Source: an uncultured Nitrospiraceae bacterium (lineage in GTDB: Bacteria; Nitrospirota; Thermodesulfovibrionia; Thermodesulfovibrionales; Dissulfurispiraceae). Taken from it: a stretch of 64,000 nt of DNA. Shown here one piece after another: positions 42,383 to 53,977 of this stretch (position 1 is its first letter; every line of letters starts with the position of its first letter). A program made the position numbers and the translations under genes. The stretch covers positions 96,001-160,000 of the forward strand of contig CAVPIW010000012.1 of assembly GCA_963705105.1 (NCBI GenBank), in the 5' to 3' direction. The notes beneath the pieces were generated by a model that worked only from the letters and a program-made list of their open reading frames with translations, ran no database searches and had not been told where the DNA came from.

Positions 42383-44517
42383 CCAGGGAATCGATCATTG
42401 AGTATTTCCGGTCCAAAGTGACAAAGCCTCTCAGCTTCCACGAGATCGTCTACCTGATGCACCTCACGCCTCCCGAAAGGCGGCAGCTCAAGAGGTTCCT
42501 CAGGGATCTCGTCAGTGACGGGAAGATCGTCAGGACCCGAAAGGGTCTCTACGGGCCGCCTGAGGAGATGAGCCTCGTGACGGGATATTTCGATGCTCAT
42601 CGCGAGGGATACGGCTTCGTCGTCACCGGGAAGGCCGGGGAGCGTGACCTCTTCATTCCTGCCCGCTCCGTCTCCGGCGCCATGAACAACGACCGGGTGG
42701 TGGCGAGGATCGAGGACCGGCGACGGGGTGAGGGCAGGATCATCAGGGTCCTCGAAAGGGCTGCTTCCCGCATCGTCGGCACCGTCGACCACGGCAGGTC
42801 AGGCTGGTTCGTCGTGCCGAAAGGCGCTTCGGCGAACTTTGACGTCGCAGTCTCCCCGAAGGACAGGGCCGGCGCGAAACAAGGCGACCGGGTCGTCGCT
42901 GAGATCATCGAGTTCCCGACGGACAAGAGGATCCCCACGGGCAGGATCGTGAAAGTTCTCGGCGCCCCGGCTTCTCTCCGGGACGAGATCGAGGCGATCA
43001 TCGAAGAGTTTCATCTGCCCAGAAGATTTCCGCACGACGCACTGGATAAGGCGAAGGGACTGGATGCAGCGGCTCCCGCCGGCAGGGCGGGGCGGAGAAG
43101 AGACCTGCGGAGGCTCCCGACCGTCACTATCGACGGGGAAAGGGCGAGGGATTTCGACGACGCCGTCTCGATCGCCCGGCGCAAAGGCGGGTACCGCCTC
43201 TGGGTGCATGTCGCCGACGTGGGGCACTATGTGGGATGGAACACGCCGATCGATGCCGAGGCGCGGAAAAGGGGAACAAGCGTCTATTTTCCGGACCGTG
43301 TCATCCCCATGCTGCCGAAGCAGCTCTCCGAGGACCTCTGCAGCCTCGTTCCGCAGGAAGACAGACCCGCCGTCACCGTCGAGATGGATTTTGACGGAGA
43401 AGGCGAGCAGATCGCGTCAAAGGTCTATCCCAGCCTCATCAGGAGCGACGAGCGCATGACCTACACGTCGGTCAGAAAGATCCTCATCGACAGAGACACC
43501 GCCGAGAGGAGGAAATACGAACACCTCCTGGGCGGGTTCGAAACGATGGGGGAACTCTGCTCCATCCTCAAGGAGCGCAGGCTCCGCCGGGGCAGCCTCG
43601 ATTTCGATCTCCCCGAGCCGGATATCCTGCTCGACATTCAGGGAAATCCCGAGGCGGTCATGTCGGCGGAGAGGAATTTCGCCCACATGATCATCGAGGA
43701 GTTCATGATCGCCGCAAACGAGACCGTCGCAACGTATCTCACAAACCGGGACATCCCCTTGCTGTACCGGATCCATGAGCCCCCCGACGCGGACAAGCTC
43801 ATGGCGGTCCAGGGGGCGCTGGGCACTCTCAACATCTCCAGGAACCGGCGACAGGTGAGGGCTGCGGATATACCCAGCCTGCTGAAGGAGATCCGGGGCC
43901 TTCCCGGTGAGGACGTGTTCAATCACATGATCCTCCGATGTCTGAAGCAGGCCCGCTATGCCCCTGCCAATGCCGGCCATTTCGGGCTCGCCTCGGCCTG
44001 CTACACCCATTTCACCTCACCGATCAGGAGGTACCCCGATCTCGTCGTGCACAGGATCCTGAAAGAATTCATGAGGGGCGGGAAGACAGGTGACGCGAGG
44101 AAGCAGGAACTGGCATCAGCGCTTCCCGACATCGCCTTCCACTCGTCGATGATGGAACGCCGCGCCGATGCAGCCGAGCGCGCCGTCGTCGATGTCACAA
44201 AGGCCTGGTTCATGAAGGACCGGGTCGGTGAGGACTTCGGGGCCTCAGTCATCTCCGTCAACCCCTATGGTTTGAGGGTGCGTCTCAGGGATTTCTTCGT
44301 CGAGGCGTTCCTCCATCTCTCTTCCATGACCGACGATTTTTACCGGTACGACGAGAAGACGATGAGTCTCCGGGGGACGCACAGGAAAAGGGTCTTCACC
44401 ATCGGCGGGGAATTGCGTGTGAGGATCGACAGGGTCGACATCGAGGAGCGCACCGTTTTGGCGGGGCTGTGCCCCGAAGGAGGACGTCATGGATCTGTAT
44501 CTCGTGCAGCACGCTGA
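42379..44517 (+). CDS. rnr: Ribonuclease R
   Basis: TIDGERARDFDDA, IIEEFMIAAN, YTHFTSPIRRYPDL, S1 domain. Confidence 0.95.
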   Translation: MTRESIIEYFRSKVTKPLSFHEIVYLMHLTPPERRQLKRFLRDLVSDGKIVRTRKGLYGPPEEMSLVTGYFDAHREGYGFVVTGKAGERDLFIPARSVSGAMNNDRVVARIEDRRRGEGRIIRVLERAASRIVGTVDHGRSGWFVVPKGASANFDVAVSPKDRAGAKQGDRVVAEIIEFPTDKRIPTGRIVKVLGAPASLRDEIEAIIEEFHLPRRFPHDALDKAKGLDAAAPAGRAGRRRDLRRLPTVTIDGERARDFDDAVSIARRKGGYRLWVHVADVGHYVGWNTPIDAEARKRGTSVYFPDRVIPMLPKQLSEDLCSLVPQEDRPAVTVEMDFDGEGEQIASKVYPSLIRSDERMTYTSVRKILIDRDTAERRKYEHLLGGFETMGELCSILKERRLRRGSLDFDLPEPDILLDIQGNPEAVMSAERNFAHMIIEEFMIAANETVATYLTNRDIPLLYRIHEPPDADKLMAVQGALGTLNISRNRRQVRAADIPSLLKEIRGLPGEDVFNHMILRCLKQARYAPANAGHFGLASACYTHFTSPIRRYPDLVVHRILKEFMRGGKTGDARKQELASALPDIAFHSSMMERRADAAERAVVDVTKAWFMKDRVGEDFGASVISVNPYGLRVRLRDFFVEAFLHLSSMTDDFYRYDEKTMSLRGTHRKRVFTIGGELRVRIDRVDIEERTVLAGLCPEGGRHGSVSRAAR

Positions 44518-44950
44518 AGCGAAAAAGGAGGACGAGGACCCGGCCCGGCCGCTTAGCGACAAGGGCGTCGCCGATATCACCAGGGTGGCACAGGCCGTTC
44601 TGCCGCTCCTTCACGGCATCGAAACCGTATTTCACAGCGGCAAGCTGAGGGCACGGCAGACGGCAGAGATCCTGGCCCGCCATGTGGAGCCGGCAGGCGG
44701 CATCCGCGAGTCCGACGGCCTCGCCCCTCTCGACGATCCTGCCCTGTGGGCGGAACGGTTAAAAGGCATGGACAGGCCTGTCATCCTGGTCGGTCATATG
44801 CCCCATCTCGAAAAGCTTTCCCTTGCCCTGCTGACGGCCGAAAAGGACAGGGCCATGGCGACCTTCACGATGGGAGTCATGCTCTGCCTCCGGAGGGATG
44901 ACGAGGGAACCTGGACCGTCGGCTGGCGGGTGACGCCCGGCGAGGTGTGA
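44489..44950 (+). CDS. sixA: Phosphohistidine phosphatase SixA
   Basis: LYLVQHAEA, RPLS, RARQTA, LVGHMP. Confidence 0.88.
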   Translation: MDLYLVQHAEAKKEDEDPARPLSDKGVADITRVAQAVLPLLHGIETVFHSGKLRARQTAEILARHVEPAGGIRESDGLAPLDDPALWAERLKGMDRPVILVGHMPHLEKLSLALLTAEKDRAMATFTMGVMLCLRRDDEGTWTVGWRVTPGEV

Positions 44951-44963
44951 CGGGACGGCGCAA

Positions 44964-45443
44964 ATGAAGGCCCTGCTCTGGATCCTCAGCATCGCCTGTG
45001 TGGCAGCGGGTATCGCCGGCACTCTTTTGCCCGCGCTCCCCGGGGCGCCCCTCGTCTTCGGAGGCCTCCTGCTTGCCGCATGGATCGACGGATTTCAGAA
45101 AGTGGGCCTGCCGACGATCATGGTCCTGGCCGTCCTCACGGGGTTGTCGATAGCAGTGGATTTCATCTCTTCCATGCTCGGGGCACAGCGGGTCGGCGCC
45201 AGCCGGACGGCCGTCATCGGCGCTGCAGCCGGGACCGTAATCGGTCTCTTCTTCGGCCTGCCGGGCATCGTCTTTGGTCCATTTATCGGGGCGGTCCTCG
45301 GGGAGTACCGGGCGAGGAGGGATCTCGCCGGGGCCGGCAGGGCGGGTTTCGGCACGTGGCTTGGTTTCATCTTCGGCGCTGTCACGAAGCTCGTCCTTGC
45401 CTTCGTGATGGTGGGAATATTCGTCGCGGCCTACATTATCTGA
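44964..45443 (+). CDS. DUF456 membrane protein
   Basis: LPALPGAPL, GPFIGAVLGE, multiple TM helices. Confidence 0.85.
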   Translation: MKALLWILSIACVAAGIAGTLLPALPGAPLVFGGLLLAAWIDGFQKVGLPTIMVLAVLTGLSIAVDFISSMLGAQRVGASRTAVIGAAAGTVIGLFFGLPGIVFGPFIGAVLGEYRARRDLAGAGRAGFGTWLGFIFGAVTKLVLAFVMVGIFVAAYII

Positions 45444-45549
45444 TAGTGGCAGCCTCTTGCAGACATTAATCCAAGGCAGATTGAATCATAGCCTCCGTTC
45501 CCGACAAACCTCCCTGGCTCAAAGTCCTCTGTTGTGCCGGCCGAAAGCA

Positions 45550-45605
45550 GCCTGACGTTCCGGTTCCGCGGCGGCGGTAAGCCGCCGCTGAACCGGTCGT
45601 TAGCC
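45550..45605 (-). other. Integron attC site downstream of katG
   Basis: Minus strand GGCTAAC-GACCGGTTCAGCGGCGGC-TTAC-CGCCGCCGCGGAACCGGAAC-GTCAGGC. Confidence 0.75.
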
Positions 45606-45657
45606 GACCCGTTTTTCGTCGCCCTGTCAGAAGCCCTCGAAGACGTCTATGCTGCGA

Positions 45658-47871
<2,214 letters not shown>

Positions 47872-48315
47872 TCAGCCTTTTCTGCACTTGCTGCAGAGAC
47901 CCTCAAGCACTACCTTTTTACTTATCACCGTAAACTGTTTGTTGAGTTCTTCAGGGACCGTTATGTTGTCATACTCTTTGTTGTGAAAGTCTGTTATGCT
48001 GCCGCACTGAATACATCTGAAATGATGATGAATATCCACATCAGGATCATATCGCTTTGCCTGCCCGTACCCCTCAACTACATTTGTAATACCAATTGTC
48101 GAGAATGTCAGGAGAGTTCTGTTGACCGTATCGAATGAAATATTCGGTATCTTCTTGACGATTCTCTTATAAATGTCATCAGCAGTAGGGTGATCCTTTG
48201 CTTTCAGAAGTTCCTGATAAATGATGGTTCGCTGAGGAGTTATTTTCAGCCCGTGCTTCCTGGATCGCTGATAAAACATTTCTATTTTTTTATTTTGCTG
48301 TAATTTCGATTCCAT
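47872..48315 (-). CDS. perR: Fur family regulator, PerR-like
   Basis: GLKITPQR, HPTAD, HHHFRCIQCG, CSKC; upstream of katG. Confidence 0.82.
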   Translation of the reverse strand: MESKLQQNKKIEMFYQRSRKHGLKITPQRTIIYQELLKAKDHPTADDIYKRIVKKIPNISFDTVNRTLLTFSTIGITNVVEGYGQAKRYDPDVDIHHHFRCIQCGSITDFHNKEYDNITVPEELNKQFTVISKKVVLEGLCSKCRKG

Positions 48316-48322
48316 ATTGTAA

Positions 48323-48351
48323 ACTATATAGTAATAATTCTTAATTGTCAA
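48323..48351 (-). promoter_or_regulatory. Sigma70 promoter overlapped by Per/Fur-box-like site
   Basis: Minus strand TTGACA-17 nt-TATAGT; spacer contains TTAAGAATTATTACTA. Confidence 0.65.
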
Positions 48352-48526
48352 TATTTATTTTTGACTGTCCCCTTCCAAACCGTTGAATGTTATATCTTAT
48401 CGTTGCAATACACCCCCGGGAAAGGCGGGGCGTATGCGCCGAAACCCTTGCTGCGGCGACACCTTTGCCCTCCCATGAAGACGTTTTCAGGCAAAGGGCT
48501 GAAAAAGGTGACCCTTTTACGGACAC

Positions 48527-48769
48527 TCACACTTTTCTTGGAACAGTCCTGCTGTACTTCAGGTACAGGTCTTCCACCTTCGTTCTCGCCCATGGGGTCT
48601 TCCGTAAGAACTGCAGGCTGGACTTGATGCTCGGGTCATTGGTAAAGCATCGTATCTTGATGATCTGCCCCAATTTCTCCCACCCATGATGCTCCACCAG
48701 ACGGTTAAGCATCATTTCCAGCGTCACACCATGAAGAGGATCTTTATGGTGATGGGTGCTCATGTCCAT
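48527..48769 (-). CDS. VF530/DUF2132 family protein
   Basis: [31 protein letters not shown]. Confidence 0.88.
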   Translation of the reverse strand: MDMSTHHHKDPLHGVTLEMMLNRLVEHHGWEKLGQIIKIRCFTNDPSIKSSLQFLRKTPWARTKVEDLYLKYSRTVPRKV

Positions 48770-49130
48770 CCGTCTTTTGTGCGTATGCTTTCCGGTTCGC
48801 CGGCGCCTTTCCCTGGTCCAAAGCATCGAGGAATTCCTGAACAGGTGCGGGATCGTATTTCCGCATCAACGAGCCGATATACTGCATCTGCCGGGCAAAA
48901 GGGCCGTGTTTCTTTATGGTCTTCGCCGCCTTCACGGCATTTAGAATATCTTCGGTCAAACCAATCTGTTTGAGCTGCTCATCCGACAACTTCACCAGTC
49001 GTTCACCCAGGGCCTGCAGGGACAGCGCCGCTTTTTTCTTCTGAGTTCTGCTCAAGCGCACCAGATGCTCTCCTTGCTCCTGCCCGGCTTTCGCTGTATT
49101 CTTTAGGTCTTTTTTGCGCACCAGTCCCAT
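48744..49130 (-). CDS. yjgA: Ribosome biogenesis factor YjgA/DarP (DUF615), short form
   Basis: [29 protein letters not shown]. Confidence 0.82.
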   Translation of the reverse strand: MGLVRKKDLKNTAKAGQEQGEHLVRLSRTQKKKAALSLQALGERLVKLSDEQLKQIGLTEDILNAVKAAKTIKKHGPFARQMQYIGSLMRKYDPAPVQEFLDALDQGKAPANRKAYAQKTDGHEHPSP

Positions 49131-49182
49131 ATATCCACCGTCTTATCAGATCAATTTATGCGAATTCTTTCACAACGGAACC

Positions 49183-50456
49183 CAGTAGTGTCCGGTAAAA
49201 ATTAAGAGGGTATGGCCTGAAACCCCAACTTGTTGGATAATAGAAGGCGACCAAACCTTTTACCAGCAAGGAGGAACAGGCCATGAACAAAGTATACACG
49301 ATCTTTTCGGAACTATTGAAGCTTGTCCCGAGATATCGTTTTGACAAAGCAGTTGACGCCCACGGAGCGGAGCGATACGTGAAGACGTTCAACGCATGGA
49401 GCCACTTTACCGCCATGCTATATTCACAGATAACCGGCAAGGATAGCCTGCGCGACATCGAAACAGGACTGCAGGCGCAGTCGGCCCGCTGGTATCACTT
49501 GGGATTCTCCGGTGTTCGGCGAAGCACACTGGCTGATGCCAATGCCAAGAGAGACTATCGGGTCTTTGAGGACACGTTCTACCGGTTGCTGGATCGGTGC
49601 CGTGACCTGACGCCGAAGCATCGCTTTCGGTTCAAGAACCCTCTGTATACGATTGACGCAACGACAGTTGACCTGTGCCTTTCTCTGTATCCCTGGGCCA
49701 AATTCAGAACGACCAAGGGTGCCATAAAAATGCATTGTCTGTATGACCATTCGGGAGCACTCCCGACATTTCTGACAGTCACCGACGGCAAGAAACACGA
49801 TGTGCGTGTGGTCAAAGAGTCTGATTTCCCGCTGACTCCGGACAGCATCGTTTCGATCGACAAGGCATATATTGACTACACGTGGTTGTATTCCTTGCAG
49901 AAACAGAGGGTGTGGTTTGTCACCAGAGCCAAACGCAACATTGATTGTACCGTTGTCGGACAGCATCCGGTCAGTGCAAAAGCAGTGCTGAGCGACGAAC
50001 AGATCATGTTGCAGGGCCCCCGGAGCAAGACACTTTATCCAGAGGTTCTCCGGCTCATCAGGTATTACGATGCAGAACGGAAGAAGACCTTGGTGTTTCT
50101 GACGAACAACTTCAAGCTGGCCGCGACGACGATCGCCCAGATCTACAAGTCACGCTGGCAGATAGAGTTGTTTTTCAAGTGGATCAAACAGAACCTGAAG
50201 ATCAAGTCGTTTCTGGGTACCAGCAAGAACGCCGTGCTGACACAGGTCTGGGTAGCCATGTGCTATTATCTGCTGCTCAGCTACATCAAATATCAAACAA
50301 AATACGGAAGTTCTCTGCTGCAGTTGTGCCGTGTGGTCCGTGAAACGCTCTTTGAGCGGAGGAGCCTGATCGACATTCTGACGCTCAAGCCCGATAAGTT
50401 GCTCGCCATGAAGGATCAGAGCGCTCAGGGATCGTTATTTTAACCGGACAGTACTG
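49183..50456 (+). mobile_element. IS4-family element copy 1 (transposase 49283-50443)
   Basis: IRs CAGTAGTGTCCGG / CCGGACAGTACTG; IDATT, DKAY, YKSRWQIELFFKWIK. Confidence 0.95.
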
Positions 50457-50477
50457 GGAATAGTGATAAAATAAGTC

Positions 50478-50708
50478 ATGCACTTCAAGATAACTGGTCA
50501 AATCAGGAACATCGAAACGATTGCTTCTGGTCATGGCATCAAGAATCTGAAACGACTGAATAGAACATATGGCAATGCAAATTGGCGAAAACTGAAGGGA
50601 ATATGTCGCGTGAAGCTCAGCGATGGAGCAGTGATGAACGCTGAAGTTCATTGGTACGAAGGGCACGGCATAGGAAAAAAAGAAATCAAAATCAAAAGAT
50701 ATCTCTAA
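50478..50708 (+). CDS. Small basic hypothetical protein (toxin-like cassette gene)
   Basis: 76 aa, IETIA.G..WRKLKG..AEVHWYEGHGIG; first of a two-gene cassette. Confidence 0.7.
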   Translation: MHFKITGQIRNIETIASGHGIKNLKRLNRTYGNANWRKLKGICRVKLSDGAVMNAEVHWYEGHGIGKKEIKIKRYL

Positions 50709-50722
50709 CGGAGCAATTGATT

Positions 50723-50944
50723 ATGAAAAGACACTTTATGATCTGCGTTAACAATCGGGGGTACGAGGCATCACTTGAGGTCCGAAAAATATACGAAGTA
50801 CTATCGGACAAAATAGCAGCACAACATCATCAACTAAGGGTGGTAGATGAATCGGGAGAAGATTATTTGTACCCAGAAGATTATTTCTCACCCGTCCGCC
50901 TGCCTTCCGAAACTAAAGAAAAATTAGAATTAACGGCAGCATAA
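50723..50944 (+). CDS. Small acidic hypothetical protein (antitoxin-like cassette gene)
   Basis: SLEVRKIYEV..RVVDESGEDYLYP; stop lies inside attC core GCATAAC. Confidence 0.7.
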   Translation: MKRHFMICVNNRGYEASLEVRKIYEVLSDKIAAQHHQLRVVDESGEDYLYPEDYFSPVRLPSETKEKLELTAA

Positions 50945-50990
50945 CGAGTCGCTGCGAGGGATCGGCGCGATGCTCATGCCTCCCCATCAG

Positions 50991-51390
50991 GATCAAGGGA
51001 ACGCTCTTCCCTGACGTGCCGGGCATCAGTTCCTCCGTCCGGATTCTTCGCTGTCCCTGAGCTCATGGAATCGCCTCCCTCATGTCCACGTGCGGGCCTT
51101 CCTTCCGGGTTACCGGAAGTACTATGCCGTCTGCTGACTTCTGCGTGCTGACCGGATATGTTTCCTACAGCCGCCGCATTTACCCTATCCCCTGAACCTG
51201 CGGGCTTCGTTGTGTTGTGCCAACTCGCCCGGGGACTGCGCCTTGTATGCGGTTTCTGTTCCGCGGATCAGGTCCGGGGCAGGCTCTTGCCTTCGGCCCG
51301 AACTTGTGATAGCATCCATTAGTATGAATACTCTCAGGTTCTCGTACAGTGAACGTTCACCCCATAACCTCACGCCCATGCCGGGCGTAC
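50991..51390 (-). ncRNA. Group IIC-attC intron, 5' half (DI-DIII and start of DIV)
   Basis: Minus strand starts GTACGCCCGGCATGGGCG; GCCGAAGGCAA; GAAGTCAGCAGACGGCATAGTA; GAAGGCCCG; no DV/DVI. Confidence 0.8.
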
Positions 51391-51462
51391 ACGACGCCTT
51401 ACCCGGTGCAACAACAAAATAGATGCCAATAGAATCGTAATGGTAATATAATAGGCATTGAG

Positions 51463-51712
51463 ATGAGTTCGGACGTATATACATTTACTGACTACTTCGA
51501 AAAAGGAGGTCTTGAGGAAACGGCCGTATTTAAAGAAAGAATGGTGTATCCGTATAATTGAAAACCCCTTGCGTATCGAACCTCAGGAGCACAATCGTTT
51601 TCGCTTCTGGGGTGCAGTCCCGGAACTTGGGGATCGAGTAGTGCGGGTAGTCACTCTCAGCGACAAGAAGACCATTCACAACGCCTTTCCAGACCGGGGG
51701 GTCAAATTATGA
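51463..51712 (+). CDS. DUF4258-like toxin-type protein (frameshift in A-run near 51500)
   Basis: YTFTDYFE / VLRKRPYLKKEW..RVVTLSDKKTIHNAFPDR. Confidence 0.7.
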
Positions 51713-51924
51713 AACTGAATTATTACCCGGACACAGACTCTCTCTACATCGACCTTTCTGAAAAACCAAGCGCAGAAAGCCGTGAGATATCTGAGGGAGT
51801 TGTTCTGGACTATGATGCAGACGGAAATCTGGTAGGCATCGATATTGACAACGCCAGCAAGAAGGTCCAGCTTAGAGAATTGAGTCTGAAGAAGTTGCCA
51901 GCAGACATTTACTCAGCAGCATAA
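51709..51924 (+). CDS. DUF2283 family antitoxin-like protein
   Basis: YYPDTDSLYIDL..LDYDADGNLVGIDI. Confidence 0.85.
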   Translation: MKLNYYPDTDSLYIDLSEKPSAESREISEGVVLDYDADGNLVGIDIDNASKKVQLRELSLKKLPADIYSAA

Positions 51925-52183
51925 TCGGGTAGGGGACGGTAGCTAACCGTCCCTCCCCACACCACCCATCGTACGGGTCCGTACCGGGCGGTTCGCGGAA
52001 ATCATCGGGCCGTAGCCGGATATCGAATCCAAATCTGCAATGAGCACAACTGTTCTCGCTGAGACCAGATCGAGGGAAAGCATTCCCTGACGCGCCGGGG
52101 ATCGGCTCCTCCTGTCGGACTCACCGCCGTCTGAGAGCTCATACAAGCGTCATCCTCATGCCCACGTTCGGGCCTTCCTTCCG
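51924..52183 (-). ncRNA. Group IIC-attC intron, 3' half (end of DIII, RT-deleted DIV, DV, DVI)
   Basis: DV GAACCGCCCGGTACGGACCCGTACGATGGGTGGTGT; DVI GGGACGGTTAGCTACCGTCCCCTACCCGAT; ends inside attC core GCATA|A. Confidence 0.88.
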
Positions 52184-52371
52184 CTGGTGACGATGAGAAG
52201 CACTCGGAAACCGAAAACCGCTTCTATGCTCTCGGACAGACAGACTCTCGGAGGCTCTTGTTCTTGGTCTTTACGGTGCGCAAGGACAAATTGAGGGTTA
52301 TATCCGCGAGAGACATGAATGAGAAAGAAAGGAGGGCGTACCAAACCCATGAAGACGATTCCCCAGTTTAA
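52184..52371 (+). pseudogene. brnT: BrnT toxin, 5'-truncated
   Basis: DEKHSETENRFYALGQT..LFLVFTVR..LRVISARDM; no start. Confidence 0.8.
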
Positions 52372-52663
52372 GAGCGAAGAAGAAGAGAGGGATTTCTGGA
52401 AGACTCATGATTCCACGGAGTATGTAAACTGGAAGAAGGCAGAAAGGATCACCTTGGCCAAGCTGAAGCCCTCCGTAAAGACGATTTCCCTGCGTCTTCC
52501 AGAGGCCATGCTTGAGGAGTTGAAATTGCTGGCCAACAAGCGCGATGTGCCCTACCAGTCTCTGGTTAAGGTCTTCTTATCCGACAGGATCGAACAAGAA
52601 CTCACGGCAAAAAGGCATATCAAGTCGTTGCACCGGATCGCCAAAAAAGCTGGCTCCCGGTGA
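52349..52663 (+). CDS. brnA: BrnA/CopG-type antitoxin
   Basis: IPQFKSEEEERDFW.THD..ISLRLP..VPYQSL. Confidence 0.85.
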   Translation: MKTIPQFKSEEEERDFWKTHDSTEYVNWKKAERITLAKLKPSVKTISLRLPEAMLEELKLLANKRDVPYQSLVKVFLSDRIEQELTAKRHIKSLHRIAKKAGSR

Positions 52664-52678
52664 TGCCCGACGTTACGC
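52615..52678 (+). other. Integron attC site
   Basis: GCATATC ... GTTACGC with CACCGG/CCGGTG arms. Confidence 0.65.
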
Positions 52679-52749
52679 ATACGTACAGTAATTGCCCGAG
52701 CGGCAGTTGGTATGATATTATGTCATACTGTCGTCAGGAGGGAGAGCGG

Positions 52750-52992
52750 ATGGCCAAAGAAAAAATAGCGATTACACTGGATAAGGAGTTCATTGGCGAA
52801 TTAGATGGGCTGGTGAAGAGACATGTGTATCAGAGTCGTAGTCAGGTTATACAGGAAGCAGTGAGTGAAAAGCTGTTGCGATTGAAACGAAGCCGGCTGG
52901 CCATCGAATGCGCCAAGCTCGACCGCGTAGCTGAGAAAGCAATGGCCGAGGAAGGACTAAGTGAGGATGTGGCCCAATGGCCCGAATACTGA
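52750..52992 (+). CDS. RHH/CopG antitoxin
   Basis: KIAITLD..SRSQVIQEAV..EKAMAEEG. Confidence 0.82.
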   Translation: MAKEKIAITLDKEFIGELDGLVKRHVYQSRSQVIQEAVSEKLLRLKRSRLAIECAKLDRVAEKAMAEEGLSEDVAQWPEY

Positions 52993-53312
52993 GAGGAGAG
53001 ATTCGATGGGCAGACTTGAACCCCACGCGAGGTCGCGAGCAGGCCGGACTTCGTCCTGTCGTGATTCTGAGTCACGACATTTTTAACGAGCGTTCCGGAA
53101 CTGTCATAGCCGTCGCTATCACAAGTCAGCCCCCAAAAGCGGGGTTCCCTTTAACGCTCGAACTGAAAGCCGGCAATCTGCCAAAACAGTCATGGGTCAA
53201 GATTAGTCAGATCAGAACGCTCTCAGTAGAGAGAATCGGAAAGCTCGTGGCCAAGGCTTCTCAGGAGGAAATGATTCAGGTGGTCGAAGGTCTAAACGAG
53301 ATTATTGCGTAA
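52977..53312 (+). CDS. mazF: PemK/MazF toxin
   Basis: RGEIRWADLNPTRGREQAGLRPV, QIRTLS. Confidence 0.92.
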   Translation: MARILRGEIRWADLNPTRGREQAGLRPVVILSHDIFNERSGTVIAVAITSQPPKAGFPLTLELKAGNLPKQSWVKISQIRTLSVERIGKLVAKASQEEMIQVVEGLNEIIA

Positions 53313-53364
53313 CCACTCCACGCAGCCGACCTCGTAAACTCGGCGGCTGATTTCATTGTCCGGT
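53307..53364 (+). other. Integron attC site (degenerate right core)
   Basis: GCGTAAC..CAGCCGAC...GCGGCTG..GTCCGGT. Confidence 0.6.
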
Positions 53365-53520
53365 TTCCCAGTATACGGAACTATTATTGACCCAATGCTC
53401 TCTCGAAATCGGTTTATTTAATATTTGCCGATATCCCCAATTGGGGGATTCTATTATAAGAGACAACGGATAACATGAGACGATTTGCTGGCGTTTCAAG
53501 TCTTAAAAAGGAGAGTGGCT

Positions 53521-53963
53521 ATGGATTATTTTCAAATGACTGCCCCCTGTGGGGCCTTGACTGCCTCAATTGTCATTTCTTTTTGGCCCCTGAAGACAAG
53601 GAAGCAATGAGCACCGTTAAGACACTTTCTGAGAAGTTCAACATTCCTGTTGCACTAATGCTCTGCAATGGATGTCGTAAACACAATGGCCAAATCCCCA
53701 TACAAAAACAAATTTTCGGTGACGCACATCGTTGTGCGGCCTATGAGTGTTCCCAAAGCAAGGGTCTGAAGTTTTGTGGGGCATGCGACCAGTTTCCTTG
53801 CGACAACCTGCACCCCTATGCCGACAAAGCCAGCGACCTACCACACAACATTAAAATCTTCAATCTGTGCTTGATTAATAAAATGGGTTTGGAAAAATGG
53901 GCCGAGTCCAAGGCATCTGAAGTTCGTAAAGTCTTATTTACGAAACCTTGGACTTTGACCTAA
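53521..53963 (+). CDS. DUF3795 cysteine-rich protein (frameshift near 53552)
   Basis: MDYFQMTAPCG / LDCLNC..CNGCR..C...C..KGLKFCGACDQFPC. Confidence 0.75.
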
Positions 53964-53977
53964 TCAAAGGTTCCGTT

